Origin: Octopus bimaculoides
Lineage: Eukaryota
Assembly: GCF_001194135.2 (NCBI RefSeq)
Contig: NC_068983.1
Coordinates: forward strand, 70,184,509 to 70,248,508
Direction: 5' to 3'
DNA: 64,000 nt
A program made the position numbers and the translations under genes. The notes beneath the pieces were generated by a model, which had not been told where the DNA came from, searched no databases, and worked only from the letters and a program-made list of their open reading frames with translations. Positions 14,025-25,974 of this stretch are shown here, piece after piece. The stretch's first letter is position 1. Every line of letters begins with the position of its first letter.

Positions 14025-14412
14025 GTGGAGGCGCAATGGCCTAGTGGTTAGGGCAGCGAACTCGCGGTCATAGGATCATGGTTTTGATTCCCAGACTGGG
14101 CATTGTGAGTGTTTATTGAGCAAAAACACCTAAAGCTCCATGAGGCTCCGGCAGGGGATGGTGGCGAACCCTGCTGTACTCTTTCACCACAACTTTCTCT
14201 CATTCTTACTTCCTGTTTCTGTTGTGCCTGTGGTTCAAAGGGTCAGCCTTGTCACACTGTGTCACACTGAATATCTCTGAGAACTACGTTATGGGTACAC
14301 GTGTCTGTGGAGTGCTCAGCCACTTGCAAGTTAATTTCATGAGCAGGCTGTTCCGTTGATCGGATCAACTGGAACCCTTGACGTCGTAAGCGACAGAGTG
14401 CCAACAACAACA
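14025..14412 (+). mobile_element. Full-length tRNA-derived SINE with (CAA)n tail and 11-bp TSD
   Basis: A box ggcctagtgg, B box ggttttgattccc; TSD actgcaacata at 14014-14024 and 14413-14423. Confidence 0.92.
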
Positions 14413-14429
14413 ACTGCAACATAATAAAG

Positions 14430-15240
14430 CAACAAACCCCATTTTAATGTATTAGTCGGGCACTAATACTTTCCAGATACTGGAGTGAAACAGAGATGTT
14501 TATCGTATCTGTCTTCTTGTGCTTCAGCATTTATCAAGTTGCATGCTTGATGAATGGCTCAGGAGCACCCAAGAATGCCTCCATTTCATATTCCATACGG
14601 AGAGTAAGTTGATCAACAAAAGAAGACTAAGAAACAAATCAATGCTTTAAATGATTACAGTGTACAAATTGCTTTATGCTGATGATTTGACCATTGTTAG
14701 TCATTTGGAGGAGGGTCTGCAAGCATTTCAAACTGAATTTAACAGAGTGACAATCAGTTCTGGTCTTTTGATCTAATAGCAGACATTAGTTTAGGAAACA
14801 CATTACAACATTAACTGTTATTATCAGTGGCTTTGTACTGCAATTCATCGAACATGACAAATACTTGGGAATTTACATCTCATACAGCATCTCAGTAGAC
14901 AAGAAAATAGAATAGACTGGGCAGAGCTAATCTGACTTAATCACGATTCATTATAAAAATACATCTTTGACAATAAGGATCTCTCCATCAGAGTCAAACT
15001 GGCTGTGTACAAAATATGATAGCTATGATACCTGCTCTCACCATTGTTGTGTAACCTGTACTTTCTGCATAGTGTTACACTATGCAGGAAGTACAGAACA
15101 CAACTTGAAACCTTCTGTTGAAGATGACTACAGTACGAACTAAAGAATGTTGATAACATAGGAACCAGAGCACAAATGAGATGGTTTGAACACTTTATGC
15201 TCATGTCTAATGCATGACTTCTGAAGGCAGTCTTTCAGTA
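14430..15240 (+). mobile_element. Old RTE LINE RT fragment from a different, BovB-like subfamily
   Basis: SKLINKRRL..KLLYADDLTIVSHLEEGLQ and HDKYLGIY..SVDKKIE in decayed frames. Confidence 0.6.
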
Positions 15241-16624
15241 TAAGTGTGTGCATGTGTGTGTGTGTGTGTGCATGTGTGTGTGTGTGATAGGTGTGATTCT
15301 ATGTATATTGCTAGCAGAGGAATTGCTGCTATTTCCAGCTCACAGGTGTACCATTGACAAGGTCATGGAAGGCCAAAATCATGTGATCTAGTAGCCCCAG
15401 TGGCAGCAATGGTGATTGATTATATCCCACTAGCAATGTAGACAAGAGTGCTTATATGCACCACAAATCCATGGTAACTATCACAATATTCTGTGTTCTA
15501 ACACAACACCACCTTTTATGTGGTGATAAATATTATCTTTTGTTAATGTTACTGCTTCTGTCAAAATTATGTGCGTGTGTGTGTGTGGGGGGGGGGTGCA
15601 GGCNNNNNNNNNNTGTGCGTGTGTGTGTGTGGGGGGGGGGTGCAGGCATGTGGTTTAGTGGTTAGGGTGTTGTATCCATAATTGTAAGACTGGTTTCGAT
15701 TCCTGGACCAGGTGACGTGTTGTATTCATGAGCAAAAATGTTCAATTTCTTGTTGCTCCAGTTCACTCAGATTGGCAAAAATGAATAATCTTGTGATGGA
15801 TAAGAGTCATGTCTAGGGTGGAGGAAATATGCATGCCATAAGATGTAAGAAACTGACCTTATGAGTCTATGACTTGAGAAGGGCCCTTTGATCTTTTACT
15901 TCACTTATATACATATATACACATTTATATACATATATACATTTATATACATATATATATACATTTATATACATGTATATATAATATATAATATAATGAA
16001 ATTATTGTATACAGTGCTGCATATATATGTATATATATGTGTGTGTATATGAAAGTATAAGTGAGTAATGTTATATACAGCTTATAGCATAAATTAAAAA
16101 ATGCTGAGAGAAGGTTGAGAAGAAAAGTACAAATGAACTTGAAATTTGTTATTAGAGAAATATTCTTTTGTACTTTTCACATACCAACCAAATGGAACAG
16201 ACATTTTGATATCAACAGTAAATTTTTGGTTTTGTTTGTATGGGTGTATTATCATATTTGTCTATATACATATTTTCTTAGAACTCATATCAGTGTTTTT
16301 TTTGGTCTAAAAAAGAATATTTTAGGCTACAAAAAAGGAAATATCTTGCTTCTTCATAAAGCTAGTTTTGTTGGGTAACATGCTTTAGAAGTGTATAGAT
16401 ATTGTTGAATGGAGAAGTCAAGAAATTTCGTCATAAATCAAGTGTTTTAGTAAGTCACCATTTTGTGTAATGATGTATATAATATAATTTTTAAAAAAAT
16501 ATAACTAAATGCTTCATAAATTTTTATACCACTTACTCATCAAAACTTCCTGGATTTCTTGAAATTTTAAAATCTATAAATTACCATGATGCTAAACAGA
16601 ATTTTTGCTTTTGTTATTTTTCAG

Positions 16625-16675
16625 GTCAAGATCTAATTAGTTGGATGATGAGAAATTTAGATGTGGACGATCAAG
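16625..16675 (+). CDS. RGS7: RGS7/RGS6-family (R7 RGS) internal coding exon, DEP domain (GQDLISWMMRNLDVDDQ)
   Basis: 51-nt exon between a pyrimidine-rich ttttcAG acceptor and a GTatg donor, phase 1 at both ends. Aligns to human RGS7 GSDIVQWLIKNLTIEDP and joins in frame to the exon at 46932. Confidence 0.9.
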
Positions 16676-19229
16676 GTATGCATCTTATTTCTTTCTTTAC
16701 AGTAAAGTCATTTAAGATATATTTATTGAACTAGATTTTTTCATGTACACTAATAAGAATGAGTATAAAAGCTATAACTTTTCAAGTAAATGATATAGCT
16801 AATGAAAAGTTTAAGAACCAGTGATTTAAAAAAAAAATAACTTCACCATTCAAATTGATAACTTTTGTCTGTGTATAGTCTTGACTTCTAGATATAAAAG
16901 AAGATTTGGATTCCTAGATATGAAAACAGTTTTCCACAAAGAAGCTTTTGAATTTGTGAAAATATCAGCTACTTGTCGGGACTTAGATTTTGGTTTGCTC
17001 TATTCAAAGAGAATGAATGTCTTCTTTTCATGATAAAATTCTAGCTATGCTGAGGCTATGGAATTTTTAAGGTAGCTTACTGCTTAGTGATACTGTGTGT
17101 AATCTAATGTAGATAATTCTTGCATCTGGGAAGGATTCATATGGATTGTGAACACAATAAATTTCTTTCAGATAAATAACATTAGTAGATAATTAATTTC
17201 TGTATGTAAGTGAATATATATATTTATAACTACATATGCACATATTGCTGGCTCCAATCCAACTTCATATAAAATATCCAGCTTCACTTAAGTCTTTCCA
17301 TGTTGTTCTATTCACTTTGTATTTCCTTTTCATTCTTTCTCAACTTTCAACATTTCAAGCTGAATATCAGATATCATTCTCAAAATACTCTGGAGAATTC
17401 TATGCACAAACCTTCCTCATTCCAGCTTGCTCATAGCCAACATCTGTAAACTGATGTCTTCGGTATCTGATCAGTATCCTGTATGTTAACAGCTTGTATT
17501 CCATTAGAATTTATTGCTAATTATTATTAAATAGGAAGCTGGGTTGTATCTCTTAAGATAATATTTCTACAATCATATCAATAGATCTCGCTTAAAAAGC
17601 AAAACTCCATTTTTGTCATTAAGGCATCTATAGATTGATGGATGATGTATTACAATTATTGGCAGAAACAGAAGAGTACCAGGAAAAATAAATACCTTGC
17701 AGTATTTAGTTGCATTCCTTTTGTGTCTGGGTTCAAATTCTATATCAGAATTGATTTTACCTATCATCCTTTCAATGCTAATAAAATAAGTACTGTACTA
17801 GTGATAAAATGAGGTTGGTTCCAGTCAGGTATACTCTTCACTACACATACTGGCTTTGTGCCAAAGTTTGAAATAATCAAGGCATCATTTTAATAGCTCT
17901 ATTTCTTCAGATACTATGTAGAATTTTCCACCAGTTACAAACCCCAGAAAATCTATCACTGGTGAAGGTCACCATAAAAATGACTCCTATTAAACCATTA
18001 TTTATTTAATTGTTACAGGTGGTGTTTAGCCCATGATTATCTGTTTATTTTTATATATCTAGACCAACATTTTTTAATATGTACTTCAGTTTTATAAGAG
18101 ATGAGGGTCTGATTTGAGGGAAATTTGGTTGCTATTTCTCCCAGAGTGAGATAGTCATAGAAATTTTATCATTAACTTATACATTTCCATCACTCACGAA
18201 TGTGGTCCTGAGATACTTAAACATCTCCACTTTTCTCAGTGATGTTCCACTAACATGTAAAGTATACTGGGAAGATTATTGAGAGGACCAATGTCTCAGT
18301 GTTTGCAAAACTATTAGGTATGATGCCAACTACGTATGTAGAGGTGGGAGTGGAGGTACTCCTTCTCCAACTGTCAGATTGCGTTCTGGAGTAGATCCCA
18401 CAAGATGGGAAGGTTTGCTTCCTATAGAAAATACAAATTACTTGATCAACAAAGTTTATTAATCTATAAAAAAAAACACACTTTGTCCCATATCAAGATT
18501 AGCCTGAAAATTTCGTTAAGATGACATATTCTTTACAGCTCCAGCTCAAAAGCAACAAATGTTGCTTATTATGTGATGATAATTGAGTCTGTAGATAAAA
18601 GAAATGGAAAAACAAAGAGGTTACTGGGTGCATATTATGTAACTTTATTTGGTCCTTTTTCTTCTTTCCCATTCTCTTTCTCCCCCTTCCCCTAAGAGCT
18701 TTTAACTGCACACATAATTTTTCCTAAGTAATAGACATCCCACTTTTTTTGTGCACTATCCACCCCTCATTGATGCCAGTTAAAAGTTTATCAGATTAGA
18801 ATTTCTTGTTGCCACATCACAAATTTCAATACACAGCTAATGAAATGAAACCACACTACAATCTATCTCACTAAGGTAGTCAGTGAGTAGGGCATGCCAT
18901 TGGCTCTTTACCAACTCTACTTTCTACTCTCCTTTTTCAGTTCTTGAAATGTACATCTCTCTCTCTTTTTCTTTTTTGCATTATGTATTAAAGCAGAAAA
19001 TTTTCAACTGAATGGCAGCATGTATCTAATGAAAAGGGACACTGGATCGTTATGAAATATTCATAATGTTGCATAATATGCAATTGGTGACCTCTTTGAA
19101 ACAGCTATAGTACTTGACTACTTTTTCCATTCCTTATATCTAAATATAAATACACACACACACACATATGTATATGCATATATATGTGTGTGTGTGTGTG
19201 TGTATGAAGAAAAGTATATATATATCCTC

Positions 19230-20880
19230 CTCCTCCTCCTCATCATCATCATCATTTAACGTCCGTTGTCCATGCTGACATGAGTTGGACGGTTTGACCA
19301 GGGCTGGCAAGCTGGAAGGCTGCACCAGACTCCAGNNNNNNNNNNTGACCAGGGCTGGCAAGCTGGAAGGCTGCACCAGACTCCAGTCTGATTTGGCATG
19401 GTTCCTATGGCTGGATGCCCTTCTTAATACCAACCACTCAGAGAGTGTAATGGTCGCTTTTACATGCCACAAGCACAAGTGCCATTTGCGTGATATCAGT
19501 ATCTGCCACAACTGATTTTACTTGCACAACATGATGCCAAAGGTCTTGGTCATTCGTCATTGCCTCCATGAGGTCGAACACTCAAAAGCTTTTTACATGC
19601 CACTGGCATTGGCCACTTTGCCTTAGTAAGGCCAAACACTTGAAAGGTGCTTTTTACGTGTCACTGGCACAGGTGCCAGTTATGTGACACCAGCATCAGC
19701 CATGACTACGATTTCAGTTGGTTTGACAGGTCTTCTCAAGAACAGTGTATCACCAAAGGTCTCAGTTATTAGTCAATGCCTCTGTGAGGCCCAAAGTTCA
19801 AAAATCATGCTTCACCACCTCGTCCCATGTCTTCCTGGGTCTATCTCTACCAGAGGTTCCTTCCACAGTTTGAGATCGGTACTTCTTTACACAGCTGTCC
19901 TCATCCATACACATCACATGACCATACTAGCACAGCTGTCTCTCTTGCACACCACATCTGATGTCTCTTATGCCTAACTTTTCTCTCAAGATGCTTACAC
20001 TCTGTTGAACATACACACTAACATTGCACATTTAGTGAAGCATACTGGCTTCATTTCTTTTAAGCATATGCATGTTCTCATCTGTCACAGCCCATGTTTC
20101 ACTATCATGTAGCATAGCTGTTCACACACAGACTTTATGCAATCTACCTTTCATTCTGAGGGAGAGGCCTTTTCTTGCTAGCAGAGGTAGGAGCTCTCTG
20201 AACTTTGCCCAGCCTATTCTTATTCTCACATCTATGCTCTCAGTGCATCCACCTCCACTACTAACTTGGTCACCTAGGTAATGGAAGCAATCTACTATAT
20301 CTAGCTTAACCCCTGGCAGTTGATGGAGTCTATTTTCTGAACATTTTCGATATTTATTGTACTTGTGCATCTTCCACACACAAGAGCTATTTTCCCTGTT
20401 AACCTTCCTCAGATATTGCTGCACCTCTTATGTGTCCATAGCTTACACCAGATACATCTTATGGCGTTTCTATGTATGCCTTTTCTACAGATCGAGCAGG
20501 TTCATCTACCTGAAAGGATTTGTGATTTATCTGCCTTCCTACTTACTAAAATTTTGGGTTTTACTAGGTTAACTCTAAGGCCCTTAGTTCCATATCTGAA
20601 ACTTCTCTAGTTCTGGTAGTGATTCAGTTACAAGAGCAAGGTCATCAGCATAGAGGCGCTCCGAGGGGGCAGCCTGTCTTGAATTTTTCTGTTATTGCCT
20701 GGAGGACCATGATGAACAAGATGAAGCTGAGGACTGATCCTTGGTGAACACCTACTTGTACCCTGAATTCTTCACTGTACTTGTTGCCTACCCTTACCTT
20801 TCTGGTAGCATCCCTGTACATGGCTTGTACAGCTCCCACCAACCACTAACCTATCCCTAGTTTCTGCATTGAAAACTAGG
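19230..20880 (-). mobile_element. RTE-clade LINE 3' part with a PHD finger within the RT region, 3' UTR and (GAT)n tail
   Basis: VGVHQGSVLS, LYADDL, C4HC3 motif at 20367-20498, YLGDQVSSGGGC, WAKFRELLPLL..KGLSLRMKGRL; family-specific 3' UTR; atcatcatc tail at about 19245. Confidence 0.88.
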
Positions 20881-21432
20881 GATAGACGAATGCTTGGTGA
20901 GAGCTGTACAATCACTCATCTATCCCTAGTTTTAATATATGTAAACATCATCACAATCCTTTAATGTCTGTTGTCCATGCTGGCATTCACATATATATAT
21001 AATAATATATATGAAAGAAGAATGCAAGTGGGGTTCAAAACTCACAACAGTTGTTTCAACAGCATTTTATTGATGCATTCCCAACATAGAGAAGAGGAAA
21101 AAGAATCCACAATAGATGTGGGCACATTGATGTCTCATTGCTTATTGACCAAAACTGATCACAATTTTGACAACTTATTGATAATATTGTCCAGTTTGGT
21201 AACATCAACAGCAAAACATTGCTGGAATACAAATGAGGGAACAGAATGAAATAAGTATAAAACAAAGATGGGTGAAAAGGATGAATTATGAGAACAGAGA
21301 AATCTGTTATATTATGCAATAAAGGCAGTAATGAAAGAAGTAAGCCTGTAATAAATAACACACATATTTGTATATACTGAAGGCCTCTGAGCTTTAGAAC
21401 AGAACTGCATATATTTATCCATCTGTCTACAT

Positions 21433-21521
<89 letters not shown>

Positions 21522-21569
21522 GCACACATGCACATATAGATAGATAGATAAATAGATAAATAGATATGT

Positions 21570-23443
21570 TTCTTTATTAGCCACACTGGGCTGAACACAG
21601 AGGGGACAAAATACAAAGTAGAGCTTTTTTTTTTGGAAAGTAGGGGGTGTATGACAGAAATGTCATAATGTAAAAGGGGAAACAGATTACGGATCCTCAG
21701 TTCACAAAACTGGGGATGCTCCTGTTTTGCTGTCAGTTGCAGTACACTGCTGCCAAGACATCTCCAAACAAGTCTGTCATGGAATTGTAAAGCTCGTAGG
21801 GTAGACCATTTAAACCTGGTGATTTGTCCCTCGAGCATTCTGCCATTACGTCCCGCACTTTCGCCGCCATGATGGGAAGGCTGTGCAGTCAGGCAAAATG
21901 CTATTGAAAGGCCTCAGACATTTTTCTTGGCTTGAGGAATTCACACCTTTGTTCGTCTACCAGAGACCAAATAGTGGCTTTGTTGCCCTGTTGCACCTCT
22001 GCCACCCAGGCCTCTCACACAGCACCAACACCTTCGTTGCTTAGAGCATGCATCCTAGCCCTGACAACACACTCTTTGTGTTTGGCGTTGAAGTGTTGGT
22101 CGAAGGTGAACCTCACTGCCAATACGGCAGATGCGATGCCACTTCTAAGCACCTCTTCTAGCTTCTTAACTAGGTCACCCTCTACTCTATCGCTATTGCT
22201 TTGCATTTTCTACCTTGTCTTATCGCTTCTAATCACTTCTGCTTTTATTGCTCTCTTGAGGGTAAACCACCATTTATTGTTGATGAAGGCTCCCTTCAAA
22301 GCCCTCTTTACTAGCGTGCTAATCTGGTCTCTAAAACCTGTCTCGACGGGAAAGACGCATTTAGTTTCCAGTAACCGGGACCCTGCTTATGTGTCTTATC
22401 TAAGTCTAGCATACACGTCACAAGTTTGTGATCCACGTAGCTGACTATGTGGAATTGTGGACACCCTACGCTATCTCTATCTACTGTCCTACACAGCATC
22501 CTATCTAGATACGATCTCAATGACTGGATGCAGTTGCTCCATGTCCATGTTGGCACATTCAGGTGGTCGAGTCAGTACCTGTCAGACAATTGAAAACGTC
22601 TGAGCAGGTCTTTGAGGCATTTGCATCCCAATCTATTCCTATCTCTGCTCCCGTAGTCTAGATGCATGTCCAAGGTAGCATTCCAATAACACACTAAAAG
22701 TAAAAGACAAGACGTTCCTAGGAATACTTCTAGATGTCGAAAGAAATCTGGCCGACCTGTTAAAGGCAGTGCATAGACTGATACGAGTCGAAAAGCACAC
22801 CCATTTCTGCTGTCGACATCCAGAACAATCAGTCTACCCTCCCAAGTCTACGAGTATTGTCTTTACTTTGAGATCCAGACTCTTCCGAAAAAGTACCGCC
22901 CATTCTCAGCAGACAGGGTGAAAAATGAATGTTAAACTGTTCACCAAACATGGACTTTAGGGCCCATGGATTATGGAGTCTCGTCTCACTTATTTCAATG
23001 ATTTCAAATTCATGTGACTTTATGTCGTTTAAGAGGTACCCTTGTTTCCAAAGGGACCCCCAAGTCATGCGCATTCACACAACAAATCCTGATCATAATC
23101 CTAATGATGTGTGTGTGTAAACACTAATGATAGGAACAGAGAGTCACTTACCATTGGAAGGTTTTTGTGTCTCCTCCTTCGGTTTTTCCTCGAGGAGATC
23201 ACTATAAAGTGTTTTGGAAGAGTACTTCTGACATCTTCCAACTGCATTGGGGTAAATGGATTTTAGTGTGTGGTGCAAGGTTGGTGTGATGTGCAATATT
23301 TTGATGTGTTCTGGTGTTGTTGTGTATGGGTGGTTGCTTGTTTTTATGTCTTGGTGTGTCAGGTTTGTTTTTGTGTTGATGTAATCCATCAACTCTGTAT
23401 TTTTCATGTTGATAGCAGTGAGCATTGTGCATGTGTTTGCTTT
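21570..23443 (-). mobile_element. L1/Tx1-like non-LTR retrotransposon, internally deleted (ORF1 end, APE endonuclease, linker, start of RT, 3' UTR), flanked by (TAGA)n
   Basis: MIRICCVNAH.LGS..LLNDIKSHEFEIIEISETRL (endonuclease start), GPGYWKLNAS, SRDKSPGLNGLPYELY (RT start), then an abrupt 3' UTR ending in aataaagaa. Both flanks are TAGA repeats ending in tagatatgt. Confidence 0.75.
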
Positions 23444-23594
23444 TAGACAGACAGATAGATAGATAGATAGATAGATAGATATGTACTTCAGTCTACTTAT
23501 TTCAAGCAGTCAAGAATTACAGTGTTATTTTGATATAGGGATTAGCACATATATATAGTTTACAACAGATGCAGTATTTGAATACCAAAGTGAA

Positions 23595-24153
23595 TATAAA
23601 GAAAATAAGATAAGGTAGAAAATGCTAAAATAATTTTTTTATCATGAAGAACATTTTAGTTCCAGTGTCTGTTTTTGTGACTTTTTCAACTTAGAATAAA
23701 GCATGAAAAAAGATTAAATTGTGGAAAAATGAAATGAAATGTTTTTTAAAAATATTTCCCTAGTTTTCAAATGCAAGGGACATTTTCCTTTTTTCTATCT
23801 GCCTGTCTCTCTTTTTTACTCTTGTGAAGGCTTTGTAGCAGGTAGTAGATAGTAGCAGTCCTAAAAGAATATTTGATGTTTTAGGACTGCTACTACTTAC
23901 CACCTCCTATGAAGCCTTCTCAAGAGTAAAAAAAAAAGAAAGAAAGAGACAGGCAGAAAAAAAGAAAATGTCCCTCACATTTGAAAACTAGGGAAATATT
24001 TAAAAAAAACATTTCATTTAATTTTCTAACAATTTAATTGTTTTTCATGCCTTACTCTAAATTGAAAAAGTCACAAAGACTGAAACCATTACTAAAACGT
24101 TCTTCATATTAAAACTATTTTAGCGTTTTCTACCTTGTCTTATTTTCCTTATA
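23595..24153. repeat. About 560-bp imperfect palindrome (foldback/MITE-like)
   Basis: Arm 23595-23866 is the reverse complement of 23879-24153 along its length; 12-nt loop at 23867-23878. Confidence 0.9.
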
Positions 24154-24189
24154 CATATCAACTCATGTGTTCCTTTTCAACCTTCTACA

Positions 24190-24845
24190 TCATCATCATA
24201 ATCGTTTAATGTCTGTTTTCCATGCTGGCATGGGTTGGATGGTTCTGGGAAGCCAGAAGGCTGCACCAGGTTCCAGTCTGATCTGGCAGTGTTTCTATAG
24301 CTGGATGCCCTTCCTAACGCCAACCACTCTGAGAGTGTAGTGGGAGCTTTTTACGTGCCACCCACACAGGGGCCAGAGGGGGCTCGCAACGACCACAATC
24401 GGGTGGTGCTTTTTACGTGCCACCTGCATGGAAGTCATTCAAGTCAGCATTGGCATCAGTATCTGAAAATCCTTTCTTAACTCTTCATTCCATGGCCTTT
24501 TGAGTCTACCCCTTCAACACATTCCCTCCTTAATTAGAGATCAGCACCTCTTGATGCAACCATCCTTAGCCATATCCATTACATGATCATACTAGTGCAG
24601 TCTTCTCTTGCACATGACACCTGATGTTTTGTATATTCAATTTTTCTTTCAAGTCACTTACACCCTGTCACACATGCACACTAACATTATCCATCCAGTG
24701 GAGCATGCTGGCTTCATTTCTTTCAAGTCTTTACATGTTGTCAGTATTCACAGCACATATCTCACTGTCATGTAGCATAGCTGTTTGCACACAGGCATTA
24801 TACAATCTATCTTTCACTCCGAGGGAGAGGCCCTTTCTTACTTAC
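24190..24845 (-). mobile_element. RTE-clade LINE 3' fragment
   Basis: Matches the KGLSLR..NEASML.WM region and the shared 3' UTR (gttggcgttaggaagggcatccagc) with an ATC tail. Confidence 0.8.
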
Positions 24846-25785
24846 ATATCTGTTAGTACATATATATANNNNNNNNNNNNNNNNNNNNNNNNNNNNNNNN
24901 NNNNNNNNNNNNNNNNNNNNNNNNNNNNNNNNNNNNNNNNNNNNNNNNNNNNNNNNNNNNNNNNNNNNNNNNNNNNNNNNNNNNNNNNNNNNNNNNNNNN
25001 NNNNNNNNNNNNNNNNNNNNNNNNNNNTATATATATATATATATATATATTTATACATATATATATATATATATGTATAGTAATAATAATGATAATAATC
25101 CATGGATGGAATTTATAAATATTTTAATGCATCGTTTTGTTCATTTCCACAAATCACATGTCCCTATGTTCATAGTCCATATTCCTGGGATGATTACAGT
25201 ACAGTCTGTAGTATCCATGGACATTGGGTAGATTATATTCATGCGTCCATTTCTCAGGTGATACGGCATTAATGTTAGAAGTAGTAGATGTATAACATAT
25301 ACATGATCATCATTTTAACATCAACTTTTCCTATTTGTATGGATCAGTTGGTTGCTTGAAGCAAATTTTCTATAACTGTATGCTGTTCCTGTTGCCAATC
25401 TTCACCTATTTCCTAACAAGGTGATATTTTCCCTATGGTTGGACCTAAATTTACAGAAGATTGGAAGTAAAGGACACTGCATGCATAATAGTGATTCTCA
25501 TTTGCAAATATTGTTTGACATCATGACAAGAAGGTGCATGTAGCCTCCCACCACACATACAAATATCCATACATTCATCTATCATACTGCCTATCTGTCT
25601 ATCTACCTACTTACCTATCTGGCTGTCAGTCTGTGACATGTCTTTTTGTATATGATTCAAACTTAGACTCTGATGTCTTTATGAGGGTCATAGGTAGTGC
25701 TCAATTGAGCAATACATTTGTGTCACATAGAAATCATAATGCCCAGATAGGTAGTGATCTTGGACACCAACCTCCTCTTATGACT

Positions 25786-25974
25786 TGTGTCATATGTCAA
25801 AAAACTTATTAGACAATATCTGGACTTAAAAGACATATGCTAGTTCACAAAAACATTCCTTCAGAATCAGATTCCAAAGGGCAAAGATATAGAAGAAACT
25901 TGAATAATATCTGTCACTTGTGTTTTAAACCCTGTTAGTCAGTAGCTGGTCATAAAAGTCATCTAAGAGCTCAT
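25786..25974 (+). pseudogene. Decayed pair of C2H2 zinc fingers, probably a LINE terminus remnant
   Basis: One frame reads CVICQKTY*TISGLKRHMLVH-x21-CHLCFKPC*SVAGHKSHLRAH, with TAG stops at 25810 and 25936. Confidence 0.65.

Noticed and set aside
14025-14100. tRNA-like A/B-box sequences here and at about 160, 31003, 47530 and 49618
   Set aside because: They lead directly into SINE bodies with tails or TSDs and lack a full cloverleaf, so they are SINE heads rather than tRNA genes.
1-16624. Upstream RGS7 exon (MEDVIARMQD..KIPSVFS equivalent)
   Set aside because: Not found by eye in the window. It presumably lies upstream, though it could fall in the N gap at 10615-10843.
25810-25938. Idea that A-to-I editing (UAG to Trp) rescues both zinc-finger stops
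   Set aside because: No start codon context or splice signals link the fingers to a gene, and Trp is not expected at those positions. Ordinary decay is simpler.
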